Shown in pieces: positions 48,905 through 60,600 of a stretch of 64,000 nucleotides of DNA (position 1 is the stretch's first letter; the number at the start of each line of letters is the position of its first letter). The notes under the pieces are model-generated. The model ran no database searches, was not told the DNA's origin, and saw only the letters and a program-made list of their open reading frames with translations. The DNA lies in contig CM069138.1 in the NCBI GenBank assembly GCA_035221665.1, positions 71,486,001 through 71,550,000 of the forward strand. The letters are read 5' to 3'. The position numbers and the translations under genes are program-made. Source of the DNA: Okamejei kenojei. Taxonomy: Eukaryota.

Positions 48905-49192
48905 ATGGGGAAGAATGAGGGAGAGAGAAAAGGTGAAGAGTGAAGCAAGGGGAGGAGGGTGAGAGAAATGTTAAAGAAGCCGATAGGGAAGGAGGGATGG
49001 AAGGGAGAAGGAGCAGGAAATAAGTGGAGAGGAAGAAAGGAGGCCAACAAGGAATTGTGAAGGAAGGAAAGAGTAAGGAAAGGAAGATAACCTTGTGGGG
49101 ATGGACAAAAGAGAGACAGAGAGAGGGATTTTGGAGATGAGGAAGAGTGAGATGAAAGGGTAAAAGAGGAGATAAAGAGAAAAAGGAGTGAT
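48905..49192 (+). repeat. purine-rich (GA) low-complexity tract
   Basis: About 290 bp that is predominantly A/G. It explains the three overlapping Ser/Leu/Phe/Pro-rich minus-strand ORFs. Confidence 0.9.
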
Positions 49193-49552
49193 TGAACAAT
49201 TATTTGAAAATGTCCACACTTTAATAATGACAACTAATGTTATTACATTGCTGTTTTGCTTTGGTCAGCATTGTGGTCATGTGAGAGTTTAGATATTAAA
49301 ATTGGATTATAATGAAAAACACTTTGGGAAAAATCAGTTAAAGGTTTAAGCCCCAGGTCAGGAATATTTGCACATATATGTCATTCCCAATTGTTTTGTG
49401 CTTATTATTGAGATGAGTTATGCCAAATTTGAGATCTGGAAATATATTTTTCTCGAATTTGAACATTTCTCAGGTAAGAAGTCAATGCCTGAAAAATTAA
49501 ATTCCTATAATCTGTGTGCCTTAACCCTGATTTCAAAAACTTCCTCTGATCA

Positions 49553-49802
49553 GAGGTGTAGTGGTGCAATTGTAGAGCTGCTGCCTCACAGCACCAGTGA
49601 CCCTGGTTCGATCCTGACTACATGTGCTGTTTGTTCGTTCTCCCTGTGACTGTGGGTTTACTCCCACATCCCAAAAACGTGTAGGTTTGTAAATTTCTCA
49701 TGTGTGTAGGGAGTACCGAGAAAGTGTGAATAGGTGATCGATGGTCAGCGAGGACTCAGTGGGCCGAAACGTCTGTTTCTATGCTGTATCTTTCAATCAA
49801 TA
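49553..49802 (+). mobile_element. V-SINE (HE1-like), internally deleted
   Basis: gtggtgcaattgtagagctgctgcctcacagc...ggttcgatcctgac...gtgggccgaaac...ctgtatctttcaatcaa. Confidence 0.82.
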
Positions 49803-50544
49803 GAGACACAAGATAATCCTACATTCTAAATGGTCACAGGCAAGAGATTCATCAGAATGAGTAAGGATCTTTCAGTTTTTCATGGAGATTTTAAAACCTC
49901 CTCAAAGTGTTTTCTCTGTCCTCCTGGAAATCTCTTGCCATGATGGAGCATGGAGTAGAGAGCATGTATTAGGCATGTGGATCATATGCCTATACATTAG
50001 CATGTGTGAGGAAACAGGCCTTACTCCATTTATCTACCCTGCCAATTCATTTGGAGGATTGTACAAAAATCCTCCAAATGAAGGATTTCATTTGTAGGAT
50101 TCAAATTTGGAGTGTACCTGGCGATACTGCTCCAATTCATTGAGGTATCCATTACAATGTTTAAGGTTTTAGTCATTGAACACCATTTTCCTCAGTCAAC
50201 TGAAGGCTCTCTAGCACATCGGTGGGACCTTGATCAACACTTGACTGAGAGGTCACTCCTGAGCTTTAGAAGTTATCATTGTTTCCCTGATTATGGACCA
50301 TTATTGGATGGGACAGTTTCTCAAGCAGTAAGCTGTTATACCCTTTCACCTGTTTAACTCCTTACTTTCTTTAATGCAACTATGCGCAGGTGTCAGTTGA
50401 AATCAGGCATCACACAGCAAAAAATATCAAGTATCAGGAGAAAATCCCCTTTTATTCCGAAAATAGTGAAAATACAAAACACACTATTCAAAGGAGTTGT
50501 TGATTTTAAGGCCATAAAAGAGAAGGGAATGGAAGGAAATGGTG

Positions 50545-50990
50545 ATAGATTCAGAAAACAACAAACACTCAGCAGGCCATGTAGCCTATGTGAGAAAAAC
50601 CACATTTCAAATCTGGGGCTCTTCATCGGAACTGGGAAGGAGGCAAAGCATGTTAGTTTTCACTAGCAGAGGAGGTGGGGGAGGAATGGTGAGAACAAAG
50701 GGAATATCTCTGATAAGAGTGACCGATGACCTAATTTAGTTCTTATTATATCAAAGATATTCTCTTTGTTCTCGCTGCCCACCCCCACCCACCCCCTTCC
50801 TCCAACACTGCCGAACCCTCTCTGCCACTGAAAACAAACTTGTTCCTCTCCTTTCCAGTCCTGATGAAGAATCCCAAACCTGAAACGTCAGATTCTCTTT
50901 CCACAGATGCCGCCGGACTGGCTGAGCTTTTCTTTTAGCATTTTTTATTTTTATTTCTGATATACAGCATCTGCATTTTCTCTTTTATTT
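50545..50990. mobile_element. long (~440 bp) PLE-derived palindrome with hammerhead-like motif on each arm
   Basis: Left arm acatttcaaatctggggctcttcatcggaactggga...gagaacaaagggaatatctctgata. Right arm tatcaaagatattctctttgttctc...ttccagtcctgatgaagaatcccaaacctgaaacgtca. Confidence 0.75.
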
Positions 50991-51964
50991 TGATACTGTG
51001 ATAGAGGTAGGTGAGGAAGGATGGGAGTGGGGCAATGAACCAGTGGGGCAGAGTGTTTTTCTGTGCTGTACATTTTAAGTAATCAATGTAAAGTTGCATC
51101 ACCATCAATAGCATTGATCCATAAATGAGTGCTCTATATTTAAAGACTCCAGCATATCCTTGGGAGAGTTATATCTGTATTCTGTGCATTTGTATGCAGT
51201 GCATAGTAAAATTCCTCAAAACAGATTTTTAGATGTTCACAGTCACAGTGGTGCTATTTTGTGTTGAAAGTTAAAATCTGCACTCTATTATCTTCATATC
51301 TAATTTCACACATAATTTAGATTTTCTTACTTCAAGAATGTAAGCACAGTGGAGAATTGGTCAACTCTCTTATTGCCCGTTGCCACCTTACATAGATTTG
51401 TATTGTCAGACAAATGGGGCCTTTGAACATATAGTAATGGCCTTGTACATATAGTAATGAGTACAAGGCCATAGGAAAAAAAACATGCAGTTGTATCAGA
51501 ATGAAGTAAGCTGCCATTTGAAACCACTTAAAATGTCAGTGACTACATTAAAGCTACCTAAAAATTGATTTTTATTTTGTACCAGGTGACTTAATAAAAC
51601 TTTCTTTTCTGCTTTCCTTCTTTCCGCCTCACATTACAACTGTAAAAAGATTGTCATTTAATACATCCAAAGAAGTTGAAAAGGTTAATTGATTTCTTCA
51701 ATAAATATATACAAGGTGATCCAAGTCGGAAACTATTGTATTTTCTGTATTCCTTCCTCCCATTAATGGGGGTTGTCTTGTCCACACCCACCCAATATCA
51801 CATGCTGCATATCTTTTTACCGACTTCCATCTGAGTGAAAAACATATTTTGCCTCCAACCATTGATCACAAATTCACCACTGTTATAGAGAAGCATGCCA
51901 TATATAATAAGTTCTAATATCAAAACTATATTTTAATATCCTTTCTTCTAAAGCATTTTTGCTT

Positions 51965-52290
51965 TCACAAGTTCTCAAGTTATATGAATAGAATTAGGCC
52001 ATTCGGCCCATCAAGTCTACTCTGTCAGTCAATCATGGCTGATCTCTGCCTCCTAATCCCATTTTGATACCTTCTCCCCATATCCCTTGACACCTATTCC
52101 AATCAAGAATGTGTTTATCTCTGCCTTAAAAATATCCACTGATTTGTCTTCCACAGCCCTCTGTGGCAATGAGTTCCACAAATTAACTACCCTCTGACTA
52201 AAAAAGTTCCTTTCTAAAAGAGCGCCATTTAATTCTGAGGCTATGACCTCTGGTCCTAGACTCTCCCACCAGAGGAAACTCCCACCCACC
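51965..52290 (-). mobile_element. CR1-clade LINE 3' end
   Basis: ORF 52053-52289 contains FFSQRVVNLWNSLPQRAVE..SVDIFKAEI..FL...GVKGYGEK. Confidence 0.88.
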
Positions 52291-54599
52291 TTTGTTTTAG
52301 CAGATCTCAGGACTCAACATGAGGAAATGTGCAAAATTAAAAAAAGATAGATTGAGTCTAAATAAGCTTCCACACATATATTCTGTGTGTAAAAAAATTA
52401 AACAGTAAATATAAAATGGCTTTCAATCCATCTCCTCCTAACTATTGATGTTCCTCAACCACTTTATGATCAACGATGGCATATTTTTACGCATCTCTGC
52501 CTCTTCCTTAGCACTAAATCTTTGTTGTGGGCATTTTATTTCTCCTGCGTCCCAAGTCTAATCCTCCTTGTGAGTGCTATTTATCTGTGCTCGTGTCAGA
52601 TGGTGATACTTTTCAAAATTCTGATATTGCTGTATTTATGTGGAATTTTGCGAGCAAAATCCTGTGAGAAAGTTAATCAACTGCCGGATTTATTTATCAA
52701 CTTATTTGCATTTGCTGTAATATGTTTCGAAACAATAATTTGCCATAACAGCATTCAAACACTTCACCTGTTATCGTGTAAAAAATATTAAGGACAGTGC
52801 GACATAGAATGTTTCTCATTCATTTATTTTTTAAGCGAAGATTATTTAAATTACGACTTTTATTTTAAGAACCTTGAAAGCCACTTCCAGAATGCAGTGT
52901 AGAATTCAGTTTAAAACCCAGGAATACAGATTTTGTATTCTTTAGTACTTTCTCTTTTTCTCTTTAGATCTGGAAAATAGAAATTTTATTGGCGAGTAAC
53001 TGTATTGTGATATTGTTTATTGTACAGTACATGTATTTTCAATTTGAATTATAAATATATTTTGAGACTGAAAGTGCAACATTGGATGAATAAATCATTG
53101 TAAAGTGCATCCATAAATCTGGCAGTTTCAAACTGGCAGGATAAAGCTACCCTTCATTGGGGAAAGGTGGCGAAGAGTTATAGTAATTAACCCATTACTG
53201 CTATTGCATTTGGACATTTCATCTTGAGCATCTCTTAGTGTGTCTAGTTAGTATTTAAACCATGCCAGATGTGGTTTCATTATAGGTATTGTGATTATTG
53301 TGCAGCATACATTTTATAATAATGTGTTGGATGGGACATGGCGTTAAATTAAGTTTATAGAACACACTGAATATATAACAAAGTAAGACAAGTTGATTTT
53401 TAACAATGTAAAAAATAAGTTGTCAGAAAAGATTGCAGAAATGTTGCCAAACAGATGCGAACGGATTAAAGGATTAACTTCAGGGTCAGGCCTATTCACT
53501 TGCTAATATATTCATGGCGCTAATGATAGGACAGTTCACACCTACTGTCAACTAGAAGCAGAAAACGGTTTAGCGTGTTTGTGTGCATTGAGGTTTTAAG
53601 TCACTAGTGTATTTTGACATTTGATGAGACTCAGCCATAATGAAAAAAATAATAAGTCGTTTCAAAATACTGTCTTTTGAAAATGGGTTGACATTTGGAA
53701 ATTATATACTAATCGGATTAAGAAGCATAATAGTAGATTGAAAATTGGTTTTCAGTTTATTTCTGTAATTTCTGATTTTCAAGTTAAAATAGCACTAAAA
53801 TGTGCACCATCATAGATTTCAGCCTAAAGTATTTAACAGTGAAGAGGAGACACTTAATCCCAGTGGATGGCAGTATGCTGCTTTTGTATGAAATCACTGT
53901 AACTAAAGCCCTAGATTGATTTGGAACATCTTATCTCATTTGTTATGTATATTGCAATTTCCCATCCAATATATTAACAGCAACATGGTCTTTGCAGCAG
54001 ACTTGGCCCTTGCATTTCTCAAGAACAATGGTGCATGCTAATTATCTCTTGATATTAAAGTATAACATTGTGAAAGTTCCTCATTAAAAAGTGGTGAATA
54101 CCATCAGACATTTTGAATAATGTCATAAATAAGTGGAAAATAAAGCAATACTTTTGGTGCTTTGGTATCGTGTTGCAAGCACAAATAGAATGGACACAAA
54201 TCTGATGTAATTGTAGGTTTCATTGATGCACAAGCATTGGGGGATATGGGTCAATGGTGCTGCAGATTCACCCAGGAAATTGGACACTGCTCTTCCTTAA
54301 TTTATGGAGCTACATAGACTTTTTGTTTGGAAGACTGGTGCTCTGAAAATTGAATCGATAGTAAACCTGTTGTTGAAAAAGTATGATTTCACAAGGAAAT
54401 GTAGGCGATATGCTTCCATGGCATTGTGGTGTTGCTTTGCAGTAACGGGTGGAATTGTATTTGTTGTAATTTGCTGGAGGGATGGAGGTAAATCCATATC
54501 CAGAATCTCCTTTCAGTCTTGTTTTACCCTTAAGCTGAACTCTTCACAAAGTGGCTATAATCAGTAAAAGAATAACAATGTGCACCAAAAGCAATAAGC

Positions 54600-54900
54600 A
54601 ATAAGAGGAACTCAACTGTTTAAGAAGGAACTGCAGATGCTGGAAAAATCAAAGGTAGATAAAAATGCTGGAGAAACTCGGCGGGTGAGGCAGCATCTAT
54701 GGAGCGAAGGAATAGGAGCTCAACTGGTTAGGCAACATCTGTGGAGGGAAATGGACAGGTGGGGTTTCAGCATGGGGTAGGGTCCGGGCCTGAAATGTCA
54801 CCTATCCATTTCCCTCCACAGATACTGCATGACACACTCTTTTCCTCCAGCATTTTGTTTTGCGCTCAGGATTCCCGCGTCTGCCGTCTCTTGTGTCTAC
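54600..54900. mobile_element. nested PLE-derived elements
   Basis: An inner arm (aaggaactgcagatgctgg...ggagcgaaggaatagg) lies between imperfect repeats aggaactcaactgtttaag and aggagctcaactggttagg. The outer copy has gggtccgggcctgaaatgtcacc. Confidence 0.7.
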
Positions 54901-56323
54901 AAAATGCACTTACATATATTGTAAGTTGTATTTTGTATTTGCTGTTGTTGTTTGCTCCATGCAACAAATGTGCTGAACATTACCCTAACGAAAGATTTGG
55001 AGATTGTTTCTAAGTGAATTCAGTATCATTTTCATATTTTGTAATGAAGGAAAATGTTTTTTTTTTAAATAATGATCTCATTGGGTCAGGGGAGAATGAG
55101 ATACCAAGCTAATTATTTTTTCAACCAAATAGTGAATATTCAAAGTTCATTTATCCTCCCCAGGGAACATTTTTGCCGCTACAATTAATGTCAGTATTTT
55201 TTTTACATTGTATATATGTTAATTATTACATTTACAAAGTAACGGAATTAGTTGTTTATGTGCTGCCTGATGGAGCATAGAAATAGTGGCAATGTCCCTG
55301 TGAAGGCCTATACTGTTATCAAGTAACGAGAAATATCTATTTTTGTAAGCCATATCATCAAATGTAAGATGCAGACCCCTCTACAATTACTGGCTGTGAC
55401 CAGGAGGACCGTGTTCATCCAGGCTCGCTGGGAGTTCTCCAAGGTAATTGAAATTCTACCTCCATAGAGTTCAGATGAGAAGTGATATGAAGATGTGGGA
55501 AAACCTGAGCTGAATTGATTTTTTTTCCCCTTAATGTTTGGACAAAGAAATAACTTAGCTAAGTGTAGCAGAGATGATAAGCGCATTCAGTAATGGTAGA
55601 TTAAGAGGCCTGCATCAGTTAACACAGACTGTATTTTATTCTCCCTCTATGTGCTGCCATGTTTAGATTGGAGATTAATTGCAATAGAATTACTGTACGT
55701 TTGTTTGTTTTTTTAACAATTGCAAATTACATTAAACAGCCAATGTGTTTTCTAATATGATTGTTCTTACCTGATAATTGGGATGGCGCCACAAGAGATT
55801 TTGATAAGAAATTCATAAACACTCTTTTATGAAGCCCTCGTGACTTCATTTTGTGACTATCTAGAGTGACAAATTATTTGAAGAAAGCAGACATACACAC
55901 AAAACACAATGCTGTTCCTTTCAGCGTTATGGCTCATTGTTTATTTTTTCAAATATTTGCCCTGTGTTATCTTGCATATGATGAGGAATATCATGAAATG
56001 CTATACAGCGGCAATGTTTCCTGGCTAATTTCTTTTTTTTTGCTCCTCCTGTAGCCTGATAGCTGTACTTGGGCAAAAAGTATGAAATTGTTATCTGTTC
56101 TTGCAATTAGAGATCAGCCTTTTTCATTCCAATCCTATTTGAAGATTGATTTGATTTTCGTCTAATAACAAAAATATAACAGAACACAGCTTGGGTTTTG
56201 TGGAGATATCTGCAGCTGTGAAGTGTTAATTGCAATTTAGATAAGGATTAGAAGGACCATATCTCAGTAGACCACATTTATTTGCAAGTGTTGTACTGTA
56301 ATGCATCATGATTTCTTGGGGTT

Positions 56324-56360
56324 GTGTGTGTCTGTGTGTGTGTCGGATGGTCTGTCTGTC

Positions 56361-56393
<33 letters not shown>
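56324..56393. repeat. (TG)n microsatellite
   Basis: Direct observation. Confidence 0.95.
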
Positions 56394-56395
<2 letters not shown>

Positions 56396-56710
56396 ACAGA
56401 CTGCCCCCGTACATCCACATTCAGGCCACATTTAGATCATGTGGATGTGGCAAGCCCTCCTGCCAGCATTACCACACTACATGCAGGGGTTTGGAGAATG
56501 GTAAAGTGGACTTCTTGAATGTGCAAAATGTCAAGTTCTAAAATAACTTCCAGTCTGCTGAATTGGCCTGATTTACTTGACTTTTCCCTCACTGCCCTTT
56601 CTGTCTCAACTTATTCGGCTCTGATAACTACAGTCATTAGCTTAACTGCTGTGTTATCTGCTTTCTTCAACTCGGCTGGGTACTTAGTGACTGACCAGTT
56701 GTTTAAGTGA

Positions 56711-56870
56711 TGTTTAAGAAAGAACTGTAGATGCTGGAAAAATCGAAGGTGAAGTTAGACCCAAAATGCTGAGTAACTCAGTGGGTCAGGCAGCATCCCT
56801 GGAGAAAATGGATAGGTGACGTTTTGGTTCGGGACCCTTTTGCGGACTGGTCCTGACCCAAAATATTCTT
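56711..56870 (-). mobile_element. PLE-derived element, 15-bp TSD
   Basis: TSD cagttgtttaagtga at 56696-56710 and 56871-56885. Antisense motif ggtgacgttttggttcgggacccttttgcgg. Confidence 0.82.
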
Positions 56871-57481
56871 CAGTTGTTTAAGTGAGTTGGGCAGAAGGTG
56901 TATTCCACTTTCCACAGTACAGTTTTAAATTTGTTTTATTTACATGCAAAATGCCATAGAAATACCAGTTATTGTGTCCGATGTATGTTTTAATCTACTA
57001 TTGAATTATTATTTGAGGATTGTCCATTGCTTCTCTTCCCAGAAAATAAAAAACATATACATATGTACAACTAATAAAATCTTTTAAATTTAGTTTAATT
57101 AAATTGAACATTACAATATTTTTTTTTCATCTGGTCCCAAGAGATGATAATGTCTGAACTGATTTTATCCATTTGGTTTAATCTGATCTATACTCTATTT
57201 GAGAAAGAACTTCATAATTTTAAATCCAGTCTCATGAGCGTGCCCGTTTTAAATAGGTTGTGACTGTTATATGGCACTAAACAGGGTAGAGGACAGTGTA
57301 AACATAGGTTTCTGTGGGATTGGGGATCACAATGAGTTTACAACTTGTACAGTAATTAAGGGGAGAATATCATCATGATGGTTTTGATGCCCGCTCAGAC
57401 ATGAGAAGGTTGAGAACATTGGGTAGGGGCTGGGGCAAGTCCAACACTACCTCCCTGAAGATAATCACAAAGATATTAAAA

Positions 57482-57681
57482 CGAAAATGCTGGAGTAACA
57501 CAGCAGGTCAGGCAGCACCTCTGGTGATGTTTTGGTCGAGACCCGAGTCTGAAGAAGGGACTTGACCTGAAACGTCACCTATTAATTTTCTCCAGAGGTA
57601 CTGCCTGACCCACTGAGTTACTTGAGCATTTTGTATCTATCTTCGGTATAAACCAGCACCTGCAGTTCCTTCCTACTACAT
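57482..57681. mobile_element. PLE-derived fold-back element with hammerhead-like core in the loop, 9-bp TSD
   Basis: gtctgaagaagggacttgacctgaaacgtcacc between inverted arms. TSD atattaaaa at 57473-57481 and 57682-57690. Confidence 0.82.
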
Positions 57682-60600
57682 ATATTAAAAAGTACCTCTG
57701 ACTTAAGCTTACAACTTTGTATATTTCCATACTTTATTTGAATTATATATTACCTATGAGTGAGGACATTTTGTAAACGTGAATAAAAAAAACTATATCC
57801 AGATGGTGAAGTACGGTACAGAAACTTTTAGTTTGTCCTCTTAGTATTTCATGGAAATGCAACAAAGGAAATTACAGGAAGCGGAAAGATTTGGTTACCC
57901 TCTGTAAATGAAATCTTGCACAATTCCATCTTAAACATGTTTCTATAATGTGTCAGAAGTAACATCTCTTTCAAAATCTTCAACTGCAACAGACGTTTAG
58001 ATCAGGGACACGCAAATAAAATGATCTGTGAAATGTGGCCTGGGAGAGAAGGTGCTGGGGCTCTGCTTGATTCCTAATTAATTGACTTTTTTAATTACTT
58101 GCATGCTATGCATTATTTGGAGCGCGTATGGAGTGTGGAATTAAATGTATTGTAGTGGTTAAAGAATTATGTCTCATGATTAGCTGATATGAAATGGGAA
58201 ACCACAATTCACTTTGCTTTGCCAGTTTAAAGAAGCTAAATGATGCATCTATAAAGTTGATGTATAGTGTACCGATATAGTGCATACAAATGCAGTGTGA
58301 GGATTACTCTGCGTTAACCCTGCAAGTACTCCATGGTCAGTTTGTGAAATCACTTTTTTATGAAAGTCCTAAAATTAAATTAACATGGTATGCAAGACAG
58401 AATAATAGTTAGTCGATTTCAGAAATCCCTTTGCTGCATTCTATAGTTCCATCGTGCCATAGTGCTGGTTTATCAAATCATCATGATTTGTGGGGATACC
58501 TCTATAGAGTCAAATTAAAGAAAGTTGCACATTACTTTTACCTTAAATATATGTAGATTGTTTTTCCTATTATTTTAGTATTATCATAGTTTAAATGGGG
58601 TGAAGGTTTTTGAATCTATTCCCCTGAACATACCTGTCACTTGATTTAGTGTTGAAGTTGTTAATAGCATCAGAAGCAGACCACCCACAGTCCACAAAGA
58701 GCTATTAACATATCAAAATGGTAGGGTGCCTGAGACCTGTCACCTTTTTTTTGCTATGTGACAATTGCATTGCCTGATGCACATGGAGATTATTTTATCA
58801 GTTGCTCATAACAGTTGGGCAGCAATGTGTCTTCTGAGGGTAGGCTGAGTATCTGATGCCAGTGGGCTTCCTTTAATTCTCTCCACTTTCTAAATACAAG
58901 TGCATGTTGGCAGAGCCTTGGTTGCGGCATGAAACATTGTGTAAATTCATTGTGCCCTGGAAAGAAGCTTAGAGTCACTACTGCCCTCTATTGCCAGAAA
59001 TGGAACGGCAGGACATTTTAACGACCAGTGTTAAAATTCCCCACGATGTTTCCTAGCGCAACGTTCCTGGAATGGCTGCTGCTGTTTTTTCCCTGAAATA
59101 AAAAAACAATAGTGCTCATAATGCCTTTGACCAAATAGTTCCTATTACTTTTCATCAATGAGATACAAAACATTTTAGAGCATCACATGAGACCTAATTA
59201 TTGGTGATTATTAAATAGACAAATGGCTTACTTAGTCACCTGTTTAATAGCAACAGAGATTACAAGGTGTAGATCAAAATTTCTGATGACAACCCTGGCA
59301 TTGCGAGCAAAATGGATATGAATACACATTTGCCGACAATACTGACATCCATCTGCAGACTCTTTCGAGAACTCTCTGTCATCAACAGAAACATTCCACA
59401 ATCTACTGGTTACAAAACAAGTTGAAAGTACTTTTCAAAAGCACAATTTTAGATATCAAGTATTTTTTTTTGTGTGCATTGATAACTTCCCAAAATGCTT
59501 CAAAAGAGAGTACCCAAAATAATATTTATCTTCCAATAATTTACTGCATGAGGATAAAATGTAAGGAACAAAATGTTTAAAATACATAATTTGCCATTTG
59601 AAACACCTCCGTATTTTTTCAATGGTCGGGTAATGTTCACACGTGCAATGGCTGGAAGTGATCTCAATCTTTGTACATGTATATCAGTCTTAACATGAGG
59701 TGTGTTTAGATTGTTTCTCAAGCCTAAATGCCTTTGATCTTGCAACAGTAAAAACAGTTAGTAAATGCTCTTAAAAATGTAAATTTACATAGCCTTTAAT
59801 AATTTTTTTGCTTGGTTGCAATGATCTACAGTATATCACCAAGTTAAAATATTTTTCAGAATTGCATTGCATCACACTGAATACTTTGCATTAATGTTGC
59901 AGAGAACCATGAGCACCTATGAATAGTTCTGCGTCTATTCTAATCGACAGCAAGAATGACTGCAGGAGATTTACAAGACAAAGCATTGTATTTACATCCA
60001 TTGGAATGAAATTTTGTTTTATTTTAGCGATTATTGTATCTAGTTAATGCTTTGCTCCGTGTTAGGTTTTTGAATTTACGCATCAGTAGGGCACAGGAGC
60101 AAAGAAGCGAAGTTAATTTTTTCAAGGAACATTCAGTACATTACCTGTTATGATGACTTTGCCATTAATGGAACAATCAAAATTAATCTGAATAAATTTA
60201 GAAATTAATAACCTATGAAAACCAGAGAAAAATCATATTTGTAGAATGTGCAATCCACTTCACATTATAAACGAGTATTCTGGATGCTTGGGTGTAATAA
60301 TGATACTGATATCATACCACACTGATAACATTTGGAAAAAATAAAAATGCAAGGAAATGCCAACAGATTTCTGAAATCTTGTGTTTAGAGATCTTGTAAA
60401 GGTGTTTGGATTCCTGGTTTGGAGTTGCGTGAAATGCTGCATTGTTTGATGTGGTAAATTGCACTGTTTCTGTGGCATTGTGTTAATGCTTTGTGACCAC
60501 CTCCCCATTCCCTTAAAGGAGTTGTTCTGAGCGCAAAATACATTGCTGTGGTAAGTGGGCTACTTTCATTGTAGCTCTGTTGATCGTTGTTTTGTGTGCA

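Noticed and set aside
48756-49233. 147-aa and 117-aa hydrophobic ORFs
   Set aside because: Artefacts of the polypurine/polypyrimidine tract.
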